DNA of 64,000 bases from a virus (Duplodnaviria > Caudoviricetes): positions 58,964-122,963 of the IMG/VR virus record IMGVR_UViG_2974586258_000001; one strand, written 5' to 3'. Shown here piece by piece: positions 19,715 through 30,889 of the stretch. The stretch's first letter is position 1; every line of letters begins with the position of its first letter. Under the pieces are notes generated by a model, which saw only the letters and a list, made by a program, of their open reading frames with translations, had not been told where the DNA came from and searched no databases. The position numbers were made by a program, and so were the translations under genes.

Positions 19715-21109
19715 CTAGTATTTCTTATCGATCTTGCAATTCATGTTTGAACCAACAACATGAGTATAAGCTTTGTTCATTGAAGTTTCAAGCTTTTCTT
19801 CAAGAGACTTTTTAACAATAAAGCTGTCATGGTACGGCAGCAACACTTCATCATCAGCAATAAAATCTTGAATAATCAAATCAGCCATCTTGCTATCGAG
19901 ATTCTGCAACACAACGCCAGAGTCACTAAAGAAGAAGTGTGCAATTTTATAGTTATGGTCACACAATGCTTGGCACAATTGCTTTGCTGGGAACGGTCTT
20001 TCAATACCGACATATTTCTTTTTGATTTCCGGACGTTTAAGGTCTGTTGCCAACTCATGGGCTACAGCCATAAATGCAGCTTCAATGTTTTTAGCATTAA
20101 TCGAACACAACAAAGCTTGTTTACATATTGAGCGGACTGGTTCATATTTACCCATCCCAAACTTAATTTTATGTTCTTTAATTGCTTTTTCATTAATGTT
20201 CAAGAAACTGGTATCACATTCATAGGGTTTGAATCCGTCTTCCATCTCTTCTCCACTAACGGCATAACAAATAGCAGGGTGAAGGCTACTGTAGTCAAGT
20301 TCCACAACTGGCTCATTATCAATGAACAGATGCTTACGGATATTCTGACTAACACACTGATATCTTCCGTCAACTGAGTAGTAACGGCCGCCGAAATCTA
20401 AAGAGTCAGTAAAAACACGTTTATAAATTGGGGGTGGAAGTGGGGTTCCGTTTAGATGAAAGACTGTCTGAGCTAGACGTTTGTTAAACTGCATCAAATC
20501 TTTCTTTATATTTGCTACACCGTTCACTCTTCTAGTCTCCTTCTTGATACGTTGCTTAAGCTCTTTTGTTTTAGCTCTGTCAATAATATCTACAATATCG
20601 CCGTCACCGTATTTGACATTCTCAAAACCATTCTTATTGAACAAATTGATAAACTCTTGTTTAAAAATGATAAATGAACGGATAGACTCTAAATATTCAT
20701 CGTTGTCATCAAGTTTCATATAACCAATATATATATCAATCAAACCTGCTTGTTCTAACGAGTCTAAAACTGACCACACACTATCTTTACTAATATCTTG
20801 TTTATTTTTAGAGTAATGTGAAGGTTTACGGTAAACAAACATACCTGTAGCATTGTATTTCACAGCTCTATCTACATTTGTTACTATGCACCTAATACCT
20901 CTTACAATACTATCATTTATATCTATATAATTACTAACTATGTTTTCTATGTATCTCTCTATTCCAACAAATCTTTTAAGTTTATTATAATAGATATTAG
21001 TATGAGTTAGAGATTGTATCATTAATCTAATGTTATCTTCTTCTAAATCTTCAATCAAATAAATCAAGACAATACTCCTTACTCTAGATAGGGAAAAATT
21101 ACAGTCCAA
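19715..21109 (-). CDS. Pol A/T7-RNAP superfamily palm-domain protein
   Basis: GRYY...RK.L.ID.EP.VELDYSSLHP (motif A), LQ..DS, YHDS (motif C); start uncertain. Confidence 0.6.
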   Translation of the reverse strand: MDCNFSLSRVRSIVLIYLIEDLEEDNIRLMIQSLTHTNIYYNKLKRFVGIERYIENIVSNYIDINDSIVRGIRCIVTNVDRAVKYNATGMFVYRKPSHYSKNKQDISKDSVWSVLDSLEQAGLIDIYIGYMKLDDNDEYLESIRSFIIFKQEFINLFNKNGFENVKYGDGDIVDIIDRAKTKELKQRIKKETRRVNGVANIKKDLMQFNKRLAQTVFHLNGTPLPPPIYKRVFTDSLDFGGRYYSVDGRYQCVSQNIRKHLFIDNEPVVELDYSSLHPAICYAVSGEEMEDGFKPYECDTSFLNINEKAIKEHKIKFGMGKYEPVRSICKQALLCSINAKNIEAAFMAVAHELATDLKRPEIKKKYVGIERPFPAKQLCQALCDHNYKIAHFFFSDSGVVLQNLDSKMADLIIQDFIADDEVLLPYHDSFIVKKSLEEKLETSMNKAYTHVVGSNMNCKIDKKY

Positions 21110-21633
21110 GTCTCCAAGGAAATCAAGGGATACATTGAAATTTAACCCTACCCTACTAGCTTACTTAGCCTGTGGATAACTTTATGATCCACCCCATTGT
21201 TCTTTTAGTTTCTCAAGTGACAAAATGAAGATCGCTTGTCTATACAATTCAGTACGTGGCTGCTCTTTCTTTTCTGAAGCATAGTACATTCGCTTCAGAT
21301 TGTCGATAGTTAAGATGCCAGTTTTCACAGCATTAACCAAATCTTCTACAGCCTCATATTTAACCTTAGCCATTTTTACCTCGCTAATACATATATTACC
21401 ATATATTCATAAAATTTTCAAGGTTTAATAGCAAATAACCTATCAAACCTTAAAACACTCATAGAAAGCTCTATAATCAATTCTACCTTCTCTAGGCTAC
21501 CAACATACTCCTATTCTCAAACTATTCAACAGAGAGCTTCTGGTAGCCCTTAAAATTGATATTCAGAGTTTAATAATGTTTAATATAAGTTAACAACAGA
21601 CACATTTTGTGTCAGAGCCCGCAAGGGGTTCAG

Positions 21634-23072
21634 TTAACACCCCAATTCAGATTGAGATTTAGTCGTATCAATACTCTTTTGCATTTGAAGCCTCTCCAAC
21701 TCGGCTTGGATAACTTTATGGGCAGCAAGGTAGTCTTCAAACATCTGATTCAAGTTTTCATACTTTTCTTTCAGTTCTTCTAGTTCCTGTTTTTCTTGCA
21801 AGTACATTTTTGCAATTTTATAACCTGTGCTGATAACTGATAGGTTCATAGCTTCTTCATGCAGTTCAAAATTGTTGAGTTTATTCATAGTTCATACTCC
21901 TTTTGTCAGTTTTTCGTAGAGTTCCCAAGCTTCTGTAATTTCAGTTGGTTGTTCATAAGGGACAAAACCACCTTCATCGTCTGCCCATTTCCTTCCACAT
22001 TGAGAGCAAATTGTCCAAATTGCACCGCCTCGATAAGTATCTTCATGTTCGCATTGATACATTTCTGCAAAATTTGTAATCTTTTTAATAGTTTGTTTAA
22101 CCTGTTCCGTGGTAACTCCTACTGGAAGTTTATCCTCGTTGCTTTTAGAGCTGATTAGCATTTCTGCAAGTTCAAAGCTCGTATACTGTTTAGCAAGGTT
22201 TGTAATTTCATTTTGATTATTCATTTGTTTTCTCCTAAATATTTAAACAATGGGTCGTTCATATATGACTCTAACATGGTAGTTGCCTCATGTAAAGCAT
22301 CTTTAAACAGGAAAGATTTTCCTGATTTCATTACTAAATGTCCAGCATAAATAGTCCAAGTAACATCCTCAAGAATACCATATCTGGTAACTTTTGCACT
22401 CCATCTTGTTTCTGTTGATATTGTTGCAAGTTTAGTAATTTTACTATTCTTTTCAAGTTTTGTTTTAATCTCTATATTTAACATGCTCATCACTTATTAA
22501 ACCAATGAACATGGGTTGCTTCTTCCGGGGCGGGTTTAAAAGCTGTAAAATCATAAGAATAGTGTGTTTCTGTTCCCCAATACCCACACCCATCACTTGG
22601 GACGAATGCTCCAATTTTTACACAATAGAGCCATTCTTGTTTCATCATGACTTCACCATAGCTAGTTCTTTCAATATCAAATTTCATACTTTTCTCCTTT
22701 GTTTACATATAGTTTACAATATTCATATAACTCTGGTTTGACTATTTTAATAAGTTGTAAATCTTCTGGTAGAAGGTTATGAGGATCTTCTACCAAATCA
22801 CTAACGAGGTTAATATAATCTATTTTCTTTATTTCGTCAACAACATATTGAGGTGGATTCAAACCGAGACAGTGATAATCAAACATTTCCAGTTGTCTAC
22901 AGTATTGGCAGTACCTTAATCCGTCTCCTTTAAAATAGAATGGTGTTTCATACTTATAGGTTCCAGGTGTAGGTTCCTTAATAATTACAAACTCGTGTTT
23001 GTGTACAATCTTACACCTTTGTAAACCAATAAAATCTTTAACTTTATTTAATAGTTTAATAATCACATTCAA
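21634..23072 (-). other. cluster of five small hypothetical genes
   Basis: Abutting ORFs 21634-21888, 21892-22224, 22221-22493, 22490-22687, 22677-23072 with SD sites. Confidence 0.6.
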
Positions 23073-23249
23073 AACCTCCGTTAAACGAACTGTATAGCAC
23101 TTTAAATCAATTCTGTTAGCTTGTCAATACCATCGTGGCACTAATGCTGTAAAATTGCTTAGAAACGACTATAAGAGCTTTTGTGTATTGTAATATAGCT
23201 TTGTGTGAATGTCAAGAGTAAATTTTCACTGAGTTTTATGTAATATGTG

Positions 23250-23278
23250 TTGACAATAGGTTGTTACCTATTTACTAT
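23250..23278 (+). promoter_or_regulatory. sigma70 promoter
   Basis: TTGACA-17 nt-TACTAT; spacer holds the inverted repeat AATAGG-N6-CCTATT. Confidence 0.75.
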
Positions 23279-23310
23279 GATCCAAGTTAACCAAACAAGA
23301 GGTAAAGTGT

Positions 23311-23865
23311 ATGACAACAATTATCATTGATGAAAAGACAAAGGCAATTTATGCAGACAGTCAAACCACCACAACAGAAACAGCTTCAAACTCTAGTATT
23401 ATTTTTCCTAAGAATGAGTTTAAAGTAATAACACTTCAACCAGATGCTGAGAAAGTTTTCTATATTTCTAAAGAGGTGGGTTGGATTACCGCTACAGGTT
23501 GCGTAAAAATGCTGAATGAGTGTGTACAATTAAGTGCAAGGAACAATGAATTTACCTTACCTGATATTTCTAAAGGTTACAATGATGTTAAAATTATCAA
23601 TGTGAATTACGGCATAGGTAGTAAAATTGATGTTATGGTGTATCAACCAAAGACAAAGAAAATTTATTGTCTCTTTGAAAAACATTATTGGAAAGATTCT
23701 TGGACTCGACTTGGCACAGACTCTATTCTGTTTTATGGAAGCGGGTCACTGTATGCCGAAGGTGCTTACCGAGCTTGTAACGATCCTGTTCAATCTATTA
23801 TTGCAGCTTCAAAGTGTGACTTATATACAAACGCAAACGTTAAAGTTCATAAACTAGAAGATTAA
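23311..23865 (+). CDS. HslV/proteasome-beta-like Ntn hydrolase
   Basis: N-terminal TT, ADSQ.T, GSG..YA.GA, A...D.YT. Confidence 0.65.
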   Translation: MTTIIIDEKTKAIYADSQTTTTETASNSSIIFPKNEFKVITLQPDAEKVFYISKEVGWITATGCVKMLNECVQLSARNNEFTLPDISKGYNDVKIINVNYGIGSKIDVMVYQPKTKKIYCLFEKHYWKDSWTRLGTDSILFYGSGSLYAEGAYRACNDPVQSIIAASKCDLYTNANVKVHKLED

Positions 23866-23871
23866 AATTCA

Positions 23872-24060
23872 GGTAAAAGAAAAGCCACAACCTTTCGGAA
23901 GTAGCTTTAATTGTGTTAAGAGAGGAGAGGCTATGAAAGAAAATAGAAATAAGTTATATTGCATAACTAAAGAGCAAGGAGAGGATAGGGTGGATGTACA
24001 ACTAGAGAAGGAGGACTCATGATCATTGTACATCACTTGTGGCTCACAGAGCCTAATCTT
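23872..24060 (-). ncRNA. putative CU-rich small RNA downstream of tRNA-Pro, ending in a terminator
   Basis: Hairpins with anti-SD tracts; GAAA-capped terminator stem with a U tract. Confidence 0.5.
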
Positions 24061-24064
24061 AAAT

Positions 24065-24139
24065 TGGTTCGAGTGTGGTGAATCGAACACCAGAATTTTC
24101 CGCCCCAAACGGAACGACATACCACTTGCCTACACTCGG
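24065..24139 (-). tRNA. tRNA-Pro(UGG)
   Basis: Cloverleaf with anticodon loop UUUGGGG, T loop UUCGAUU and encoded CCA; C1:A72 mismatch. Confidence 0.9.
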
Positions 24140-24206
24140 AATATTTTTGCTAATCTATAAACAATATTAACATGGAAATTATAAAATGTCAAGGTAGTTT
24201 ATAAAA

Positions 24207-24554
24207 TTATTTTAAATTTTTAGGATATATTGTAATCCTAAACATGGTATTTGGATTATCAGGGTCTGTTAGCGAGTAATATACCGCAATATCACTGGTA
24301 GATACACTCCAGAAGTCAAGAGGCAACCCACTCACTGTTGTAGCCAGTGTCCGTGAAAACATATCTGCTTCATCTTCCGATACGAATGTCGTATCTTGTT
24401 TGTCTATCACAACACCGTTCTTAATCACATTTAAAACTACATGAAGGTTTGTTGGGACAGACTTGAAGTATTCTACTTCTTCGTGGGATAAAAGAGCAGC
24501 TTCCTTGCTGAGGTTTTCCGTACCAATCGGTTTGTTGTTGTTTTGTTGTTCCAT
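24207..24554 (-). CDS. hypothetical protein
   Basis: 115-aa ORF with upstream promoter-like motif. Confidence 0.55.
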   Translation of the reverse strand: MEQQNNNKPIGTENLSKEAALLSHEEVEYFKSVPTNLHVVLNVIKNGVVIDKQDTTFVSEDEADMFSRTLATTVSGLPLDFWSVSTSDIAVYYSLTDPDNPNTMFRITIYPKNLK

Positions 24555-24645
24555 AATTAATAGTTCTTGTTAATAAATTAGTATATGATTTAACTTTATC
24601 ATAAATATTTTAATTATTCAAGAACTTTATCATGCAAGTATTCTA

Positions 24646-25218
24646 TTACAGTGGTAAATCTAACAATCCATTATACATTTCTAATCTAGCACTTATATTT
24701 TGTGCCGCTTCTAATGATTCTATTTCCAACAATATCTCTTGATTCGGCTCTATAATCCAACCTGAACCATAAGAAGTTCCGACAGAACCTTTTGATTGAT
24801 TAGAGGCATTGCCTTCTGCAAATATATCCGCCGCCCATTTTGTTCCAAGACTAGCAGGAGCAACAGGGATTGTATAAATATCAAAATCTCTAAATGCTGG
24901 TTGACCATGTCTTAATGAGTATACAGGGTCTGGTGTTGGAAGAGTAACAGGGGTGAATCCAACATAGAACCTAGCAATTACTCCAGCACCTGTAAAAGTA
25001 AAGAATCTTGATTTTAAATCGATAGGTAGTGTTCTTGTTTTAATAATAGAATAAAATTTCTGATTAAGGCCAACATTAATTAATCTCCTACTAGCCTCCC
25101 ATTGTGAACCTAACTTCTTATTAGATTCCTCATAGAATTGAATATTAATAGCTCTGTTACCAGAGAATACTTCAGGAGGTATAATAGTAGATGATTGAGA
25201 GGATGATAAAATAGCCAT
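24646..25218 (-). CDS. hypothetical, possibly virion protein
   Basis: 190 aa, beta-rich, coupled to the upstream ORF. Confidence 0.55.
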   Translation of the reverse strand: MAILSSSQSSTIIPPEVFSGNRAINIQFYEESNKKLGSQWEASRRLINVGLNQKFYSIIKTRTLPIDLKSRFFTFTGAGVIARFYVGFTPVTLPTPDPVYSLRHGQPAFRDFDIYTIPVAPASLGTKWAADIFAEGNASNQSKGSVGTSYGSGWIIEPNQEILLEIESLEAAQNISARLEMYNGLLDLPL

Positions 25219-25559
25219 TATATTCCACCGACTTCTTGTATGTTAATTATTGCATTATCATAGTCATTAGCACATTTGGCCCAAATCTCTAGGCTGTTTG
25301 CTGTAATAATTTTAGTAGAATCTTCATTGAATATATTTGAAACTAAAACGCCGTCTTTAGATTGTGCTGATGGTTTGGTATTAGATTCAAAGAGGAGGAT
25401 CATTGCATTTGTTTTTAATTGGATCGCCATTGGTGTTCCTATTGGCAATCCTGATAAAACATTAACCGAAGACCAATCTGTACCATTTATATTCTTGTCT
25501 GGTATTCCCATAATATGCCTTTTAGTTTGTTTAAATATAATAAAACCCCATTCTGCCAC
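25218..25559 (-). CDS. hypothetical, possibly virion protein
   Basis: ORF; the true start is likely MGIPDK. Confidence 0.5.
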   Translation of the reverse strand: MAEWGFIIFKQTKRHIMGIPDKNINGTDWSSVNVLSGLPIGTPMAIQLKTNAMILLFESNTKPSAQSKDGVLVSNIFNEDSTKIITANSLEIWAKCANDYDNAIINIQEVGGI

Positions 25560-25644
25560 AAGAGCAAAATAGGGTTAATAGTTATTTGATAAACTTATAT
25601 TATCATATTTCCATAAAATTTTCAATATGTTAACAATTTATATT

Positions 25645-27036
25645 TTACAGGATAAGATTTTTAAATTTAATCTTCTGTTGTCCTTTATCTTTGTACCAGA
25701 CTTCAAGAGACAAAACAGTTTTATCTTGTTTGATATTCAAATCATGAACAACAATTTTATCAGCCTTGTAACAGAAACAAGAAAGTGAGTGTTCCAATAG
25801 TTTCTCAAGGTTCCTACTTGTTTTCATTACTTATTGTACTCCAAAATAAACATTGAACCAATGTGCTCATCTTTCATCAATTCAATCACATCTTCTTTTG
25901 CCGAGGTTGTTGGATCTGAGAGCATATCGTAAACAAGATTTGTAAGATCTTCATCATAGAGATTGACAACATCGTCAACAATGAGAGCAAAGATCCTACT
26001 CCATGCCACAGAAGTATCAAATACCTCAGTATGGGTGTAATCATTAATGCGAGATAGTGTGATTTTATTAACCATTATATTTCCTCCTTATCAACTCTTT
26101 TAAGTTTATCTTCTATAATTCCAATCCAATGTGTACCACCATGATAACTGATTATGTCAAAATCAATAGACATATCTTTGTTAATTGCTGCATGATACAT
26201 AGATATACCGTCAAATTCTTCATTTTCAATTTCAAACTCAACCCTATAAAGCCTATTATTGATTTCAACATAATCAGGGAACCATTCATCAAATTCATGA
26301 TTAATCACATAAGGTTGTTTAGCAACAAAGATCAATTTACCTTTATTACGTTTAGTGCAGCCCATTACCTACCTCCCCCCTGATATTTAATAATCATTTA
26401 TTCCCTCTACTTAATTATAAATAAATTTAGTAATATACTGAATTACAAAATCAAAAGCTTGAAATGAATAATACCAGAACACAAATGAAAATGCAAGCAA
26501 CATGGCCCATACTACACGAATTGTTACTGGATTCCATTTAAACTTAGATTTAAGATATTGATACATTATTGTTTCTCCTTTTATTCATCTTGATTAATCA
26601 ACTGCTTTAGAATAGTGTTGCTCAGTCCGTTTGTCAATACCTCAAAGCATTCTTTCATCATCTTTTCAACTGGATGATCAACAACAATTGTACTTTTAGA
26701 GATGCTTTCAAACTTAATCTTTTCTTCTTGCAACTCCAACATGAACATCAGACTCGCAAAGTCCTCTGGGAGAAGTAGTAGTTGTGTCTCTTTCTTGTTT
26801 TCTGGAATCCAAGCTGGATAATCGGCATACGTAAACTGTTTGTATTGATCATCTTTATACCAGCTACTAAAGTCATGACCTTCAGGATAGCCTCCGTAAT
26901 CATTCCATTCATATCCAAAGTTATCATCATCTGATTTCAGAACAAAACCATTGAGTTTCAACAGGTTGCGAAAGCTATCATTAATTTTGTTGTCCCAGAT
27001 ACCTTTCAATGATACCTTATAAAGCGTTACATTCAT
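25645..27036 (-). other. small hypothetical genes
   Basis: ORFs 25645-25827, 25827-26075, 26075-26365, 26581-27036. Confidence 0.55.
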
Positions 27037-27071
27037 TGCTATATACTCTCCTTTCTTGATTAGATGGGAGC

Positions 27072-27172
27072 ATAGTAGGCCACAACTCTCATGGTGTCAA
27101 GAGCGCAATGAAAAACTTTTGAAAGATTTTTGACATGTTAACTGTTGACATACTTTTCTTACGTGATATACT
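27072..27172. promoter_or_regulatory. divergent sigma70 promoters at the strand switch
   Basis: Minus: TTGACA(27100-27095)-17-TACTAT; plus: TTGACA(27145)-16-TATACT with extended TG. Confidence 0.75.
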
Positions 27173-27764
27173 AACAGCAATCAAAGACAAACAGGACAAT
27201 ACTACAAAAATGAAATCGCAGCTAAGGGGGAATAATGTATGAGTTATCATAAATACCAAACTTATCGGTATAAAAGTTCAAGTGCATACTACATAAGAAA
27301 CACCATTGTAACTATGAGATTAACTGTCACAATAGACACAAAAGGACAGAAGCAGTATAATTGGGAACGGGCAAGAACATGTGTAGTTGTCAGGGATAGA
27401 CGGAACAATGATAAAGTAGCTTGGAAATATTCTATAAATACTTTATTAAACATCAGATGTGGAGACAATTTGAACTATGATTGATAAATTTGAAGATTCA
27501 TTTAGTGAATTCAGCAAAGATGAAGATATGATGTTCTGCAAGGATGTGATTCTTAGCCAAGCAGGTGAGTTGCATGATACTTACAAGTACATTTATGACT
27601 TTCATCGTCAGCATCCTTGTGAAGAGTTAGCTGTTGTACTAAGATATGTAGAGCTTGCACGTATTGGGCTTGAAAATGCATATGATGTTTTAGATAATAA
27701 ATTGTTTGACAAATCAGAAGCCCAAGATTATACTTGGATCCCGAGTAAAGATTAAGGAGAAAGA

Positions 27765-28472
27765 ATGGATAAAACGAGTCTAGGTGATCGTATGAAGAAG
27801 TACGAAAAGGTAGCAAAAACTAATTTGATGCAAAGAACACCTGTAATTATCAGGTTAGATGGTAAAGCATTCCATACTTATACTAAAAATTGCGATAAAC
27901 CTTTTGACCAAGATTTGCATAAAATCAGAAAAGAGGTTCTTGAGTATCTTTGTGAAAATATCCAAGGTTGTGTTCTAGGTTATAGTCAATCTGATGAGAT
28001 TACACTGGTTCTTAAAGATTGGCACACGTATAGTAGTCAAGCGTGGTTCGACAACAGTGTACAAAAACTATGTTCTATTAGTGCCAGTATGACTACTGCT
28101 ATGTGGAACAGTTTAGTTTACAAGTATAACCTACAAGACAAGTTTTCAGGACTGGCAGTATTTGATGCTAGGTGTTTTAACATTACAATCAACGAGGTTG
28201 TTAATTGTTTGATTTGGAGACAGCAAGATTGGGAACGAAACTCTGTACAAATGTTAGCAAGATCCTTTTATTCACAGAAGCAATGCCACGGTAAGAGCTG
28301 TAAAGACTTGGTAACAAAAATAGAAGAAGAACAAGGGGTTGTATGGGGAAATCTCGCTACTTGGCAGAAGAGAGGTGAGTTTTGGTTTGATGAAATATAC
28401 GAAGAGACTCCTAAATTTAAAGATGTTCGTCAAGTTATTGAGGAACTTTTGTATCTACAAAATGATAACTAA
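27765..28472 (+). CDS. tRNA-His guanylyltransferase / Thg1-like 3'-5' polymerase
   Basis: RMK.YE, IIRLDGKAFH.YT, Y.QSDEI, FDAR, WRQ.D..RNS. Confidence 0.92.
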   Translation: MDKTSLGDRMKKYEKVAKTNLMQRTPVIIRLDGKAFHTYTKNCDKPFDQDLHKIRKEVLEYLCENIQGCVLGYSQSDEITLVLKDWHTYSSQAWFDNSVQKLCSISASMTTAMWNSLVYKYNLQDKFSGLAVFDARCFNITINEVVNCLIWRQQDWERNSVQMLARSFYSQKQCHGKSCKDLVTKIEEEQGVVWGNLATWQKRGEFWFDEIYEETPKFKDVRQVIEELLYLQNDN

Positions 28473-29566
28473 TTAGGTAAAGGGGAGTGACAAATGGATA
28501 AAGTACGAGAAGAATTTGAAATGTGGTTGCGATCAACAACCGATTTTTATACATATAGGACTAATTACGCTATGACAAAACCCGAAGATCAGCAGTACAT
28601 GTGTCACAGAACAAACCTAGCTTGGTTCGCATGGAAAGCATCTCGCGAATCTGTTGTTGTAGATCTTCCTGAACACTGCAAAGGAAATGCTTTGACAGTT
28701 TCAGAACTTAAAGAACAGCTTGATAAAGAAGGAATTAAATATGACTTTTAAAGATAAACCAAAACAACTGTTTTCTGCAAAACAACTACTGGAAATTAAC
28801 AGTGCCGCTACTAATTTGGCAAATACCTCAATATTTGAGGCGGGGATCTTATCTCTCGGAGGAGATCGTTATGTAGGGCAGGAGGAAGGTGCATTACTAC
28901 CTCACATGAAACAACTTCTAAGGACACTACCTTTGAAATTAATTTTTGAAGTTATGTCAGAACAGGAAAACAAGGAGAAAGTTAGTGGAAAAGAAAGCAA
29001 CGCAGAAAAAGACAGCAACTAAAAACACAGCATCAAAACCTAAAAAGACAACCAAGAAGAAGTCTGACTTTGATGTTGATGCATTTGTTTTTGAAGTGGA
29101 TATATCTAAAATTGAAGATTGGGTAAAAGGTATGTGTATTGAACTTGATGACCCAGAATTTGAATGGCCATCTTATGATGAACAATATTGGCTAGGTCGT
29201 TGGTTGACAGACTTACCTTATTATCGGGCACATAATATCCAGAAAACACTTGTTTCTGCACGAGAAAGCGCTATACTTGGACTGTATGATAAAACACAAA
29301 AGAAAAAAGAAAGGAGATAAGAAATGAAAAAATCGATTAAGGGTTTGACAATTCTTATTATTGTCAGTAGTATTATGATTGCAGGTACATTTGCACCTAG
29401 TGTCAATTCTAGTGAATCTAAGGCATACTCACGATACAAACTTGTTTCTGAAAGCATTTCAGGAACATATAAGACTTGTTTGTACCGCAATGTTCGAGGT
29501 GAGACCAAGAGTACAAGTATTAACAAAGGTAAGCGTTGTCCAAGTACATATTGATTAAGAGGTATT

Positions 29567-30196
29567 ATGAGAGGTGTTAAATTATTTGGTGTAGGAATAA
29601 AGGATAATGATGATATAACCCAACTAGAGAATAAGGATAGAAGTTCTGGCAGAAAGGTTGTATGGAGATGTCCTTATTATCAGACATGGATGAGTCTTCT
29701 CAGAAGGTCTTATTCTGATATATTTAAAAATAAAAGTAAAACTTATGTTGGAGTGGTTGCCGACGAAAGATGGCACTATTTTTCAAGCTTTAAGGAGTGG
29801 ATGCAACAACAAGACTGGGAAGGAAAAGATTTAGATAAAGACTTGATAGTCAGAGGTAACAAAATATATGGACCAGATACCTGCTGTTTTATAACAGAGA
29901 GATTAAATACAGAAATAACTCATCTAAAGAGGAAAGATAAAGGGTTACTCGGTGCATCTTTCAAGAAAAAGAATAGAAAATATCAAAGTCAAATACTAAT
30001 AGAAGGTAAGAAGATATACCTAGGATTATATGATAGTGAGTTAGATGCACACTTAAAGTGGTTGGATGAAAAGATCAAGAGAATCCTAGAAATAAAACAA
30101 TATGAAAATAAGGAAGTACACAAGCATGTGGATAAGTTGCTAGAAGAAATGCAAAGATGTTTGGATAACAAAATTGAATTTTATTGGTATGAATAA
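29567..30196 (+). mobile_element. HNH-type homing endonuclease with AP2-like C-terminus
   Basis: GVG..D, CPYYQTW, W..FS.F..W, LDKD....N.IYGP.TC, YLG.YD. Confidence 0.75.
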
Positions 30197-30211
30197 ATAA
30201 GGAGAAATAAA

Positions 30212-30889
30212 TTGGATACAATAGTTTTAACATTTCTAGGCATGTGGTGGGTTCCTGCTGTACTGTTTATGTTTGCAGGGTTGGTGTTGGTGTACACAAA
30301 AGGGTATAATACTTCTTTAGACCCAGAGTTTATCCAAAGAAAATCTGTTAAAGGTGAAGATTCAACAGGACTACTATTTTTGTTAAGCTTTATGTTTCCG
30401 TGTCTTGCTCTAGTATTTTATGGGTTTGTTCTGAAACAACCAATCTCTTTTGTTGGAGGTGTTGTTTATGTCCTATTTGAGACTTGCGGTAGTTGGTTGA
30501 TGTATGGAATCTTTACACAATCAGGAACACATTCTTGGTTCAAAGTTAAAGAAAAACATTTCCGTCAACAATATAGTTTCAATATTAATTTTGATGATGT
30601 AGAGATAGGTCAATATGTAGTGCGTACCTTAAAAGATGATTGGTATGATTCAAGCACCTATCGTCTACAATTGAAACAAGTACACATGGAAAAAGATTTG
30701 ACAGGTGAGTATAAGGTACTTCAAAATGTAGAAGAATGGGGAAATTCTGAGTTCTGGACAGAAGATCAAATTAAAGATAAATTGAAGGAATATTTTAAAG
30801 CACGAAATTTATTTTATATTGACAATGAAAGTGGTTTTAGTATTCTTAAAGTAGAGAAGAACAAACCTAAAATTATTGTTATTGAATAA
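30212..30889 (+). CDS. membrane protein
   Basis: Three hydrophobic segments in the N-terminal half. Confidence 0.6.
   Translation: MDTIVLTFLGMWWVPAVLFMFAGLVLVYTKGYNTSLDPEFIQRKSVKGEDSTGLLFLLSFMFPCLALVFYGFVLKQPISFVGGVVYVLFETCGSWLMYGIFTQSGTHSWFKVKEKHFRQQYSFNINFDDVEIGQYVVRTLKDDWYDSSTYRLQLKQVHMEKDLTGEYKVLQNVEEWGNSEFWTEDQIKDKLKEYFKARNLFYIDNESGFSILKVEKNKPKIIVIE

Noticed and set aside
23869-24120. 83-aa minus-strand ORF
   Set aside because: Starts inside tRNA-Pro and spans the RNA hairpins and terminator
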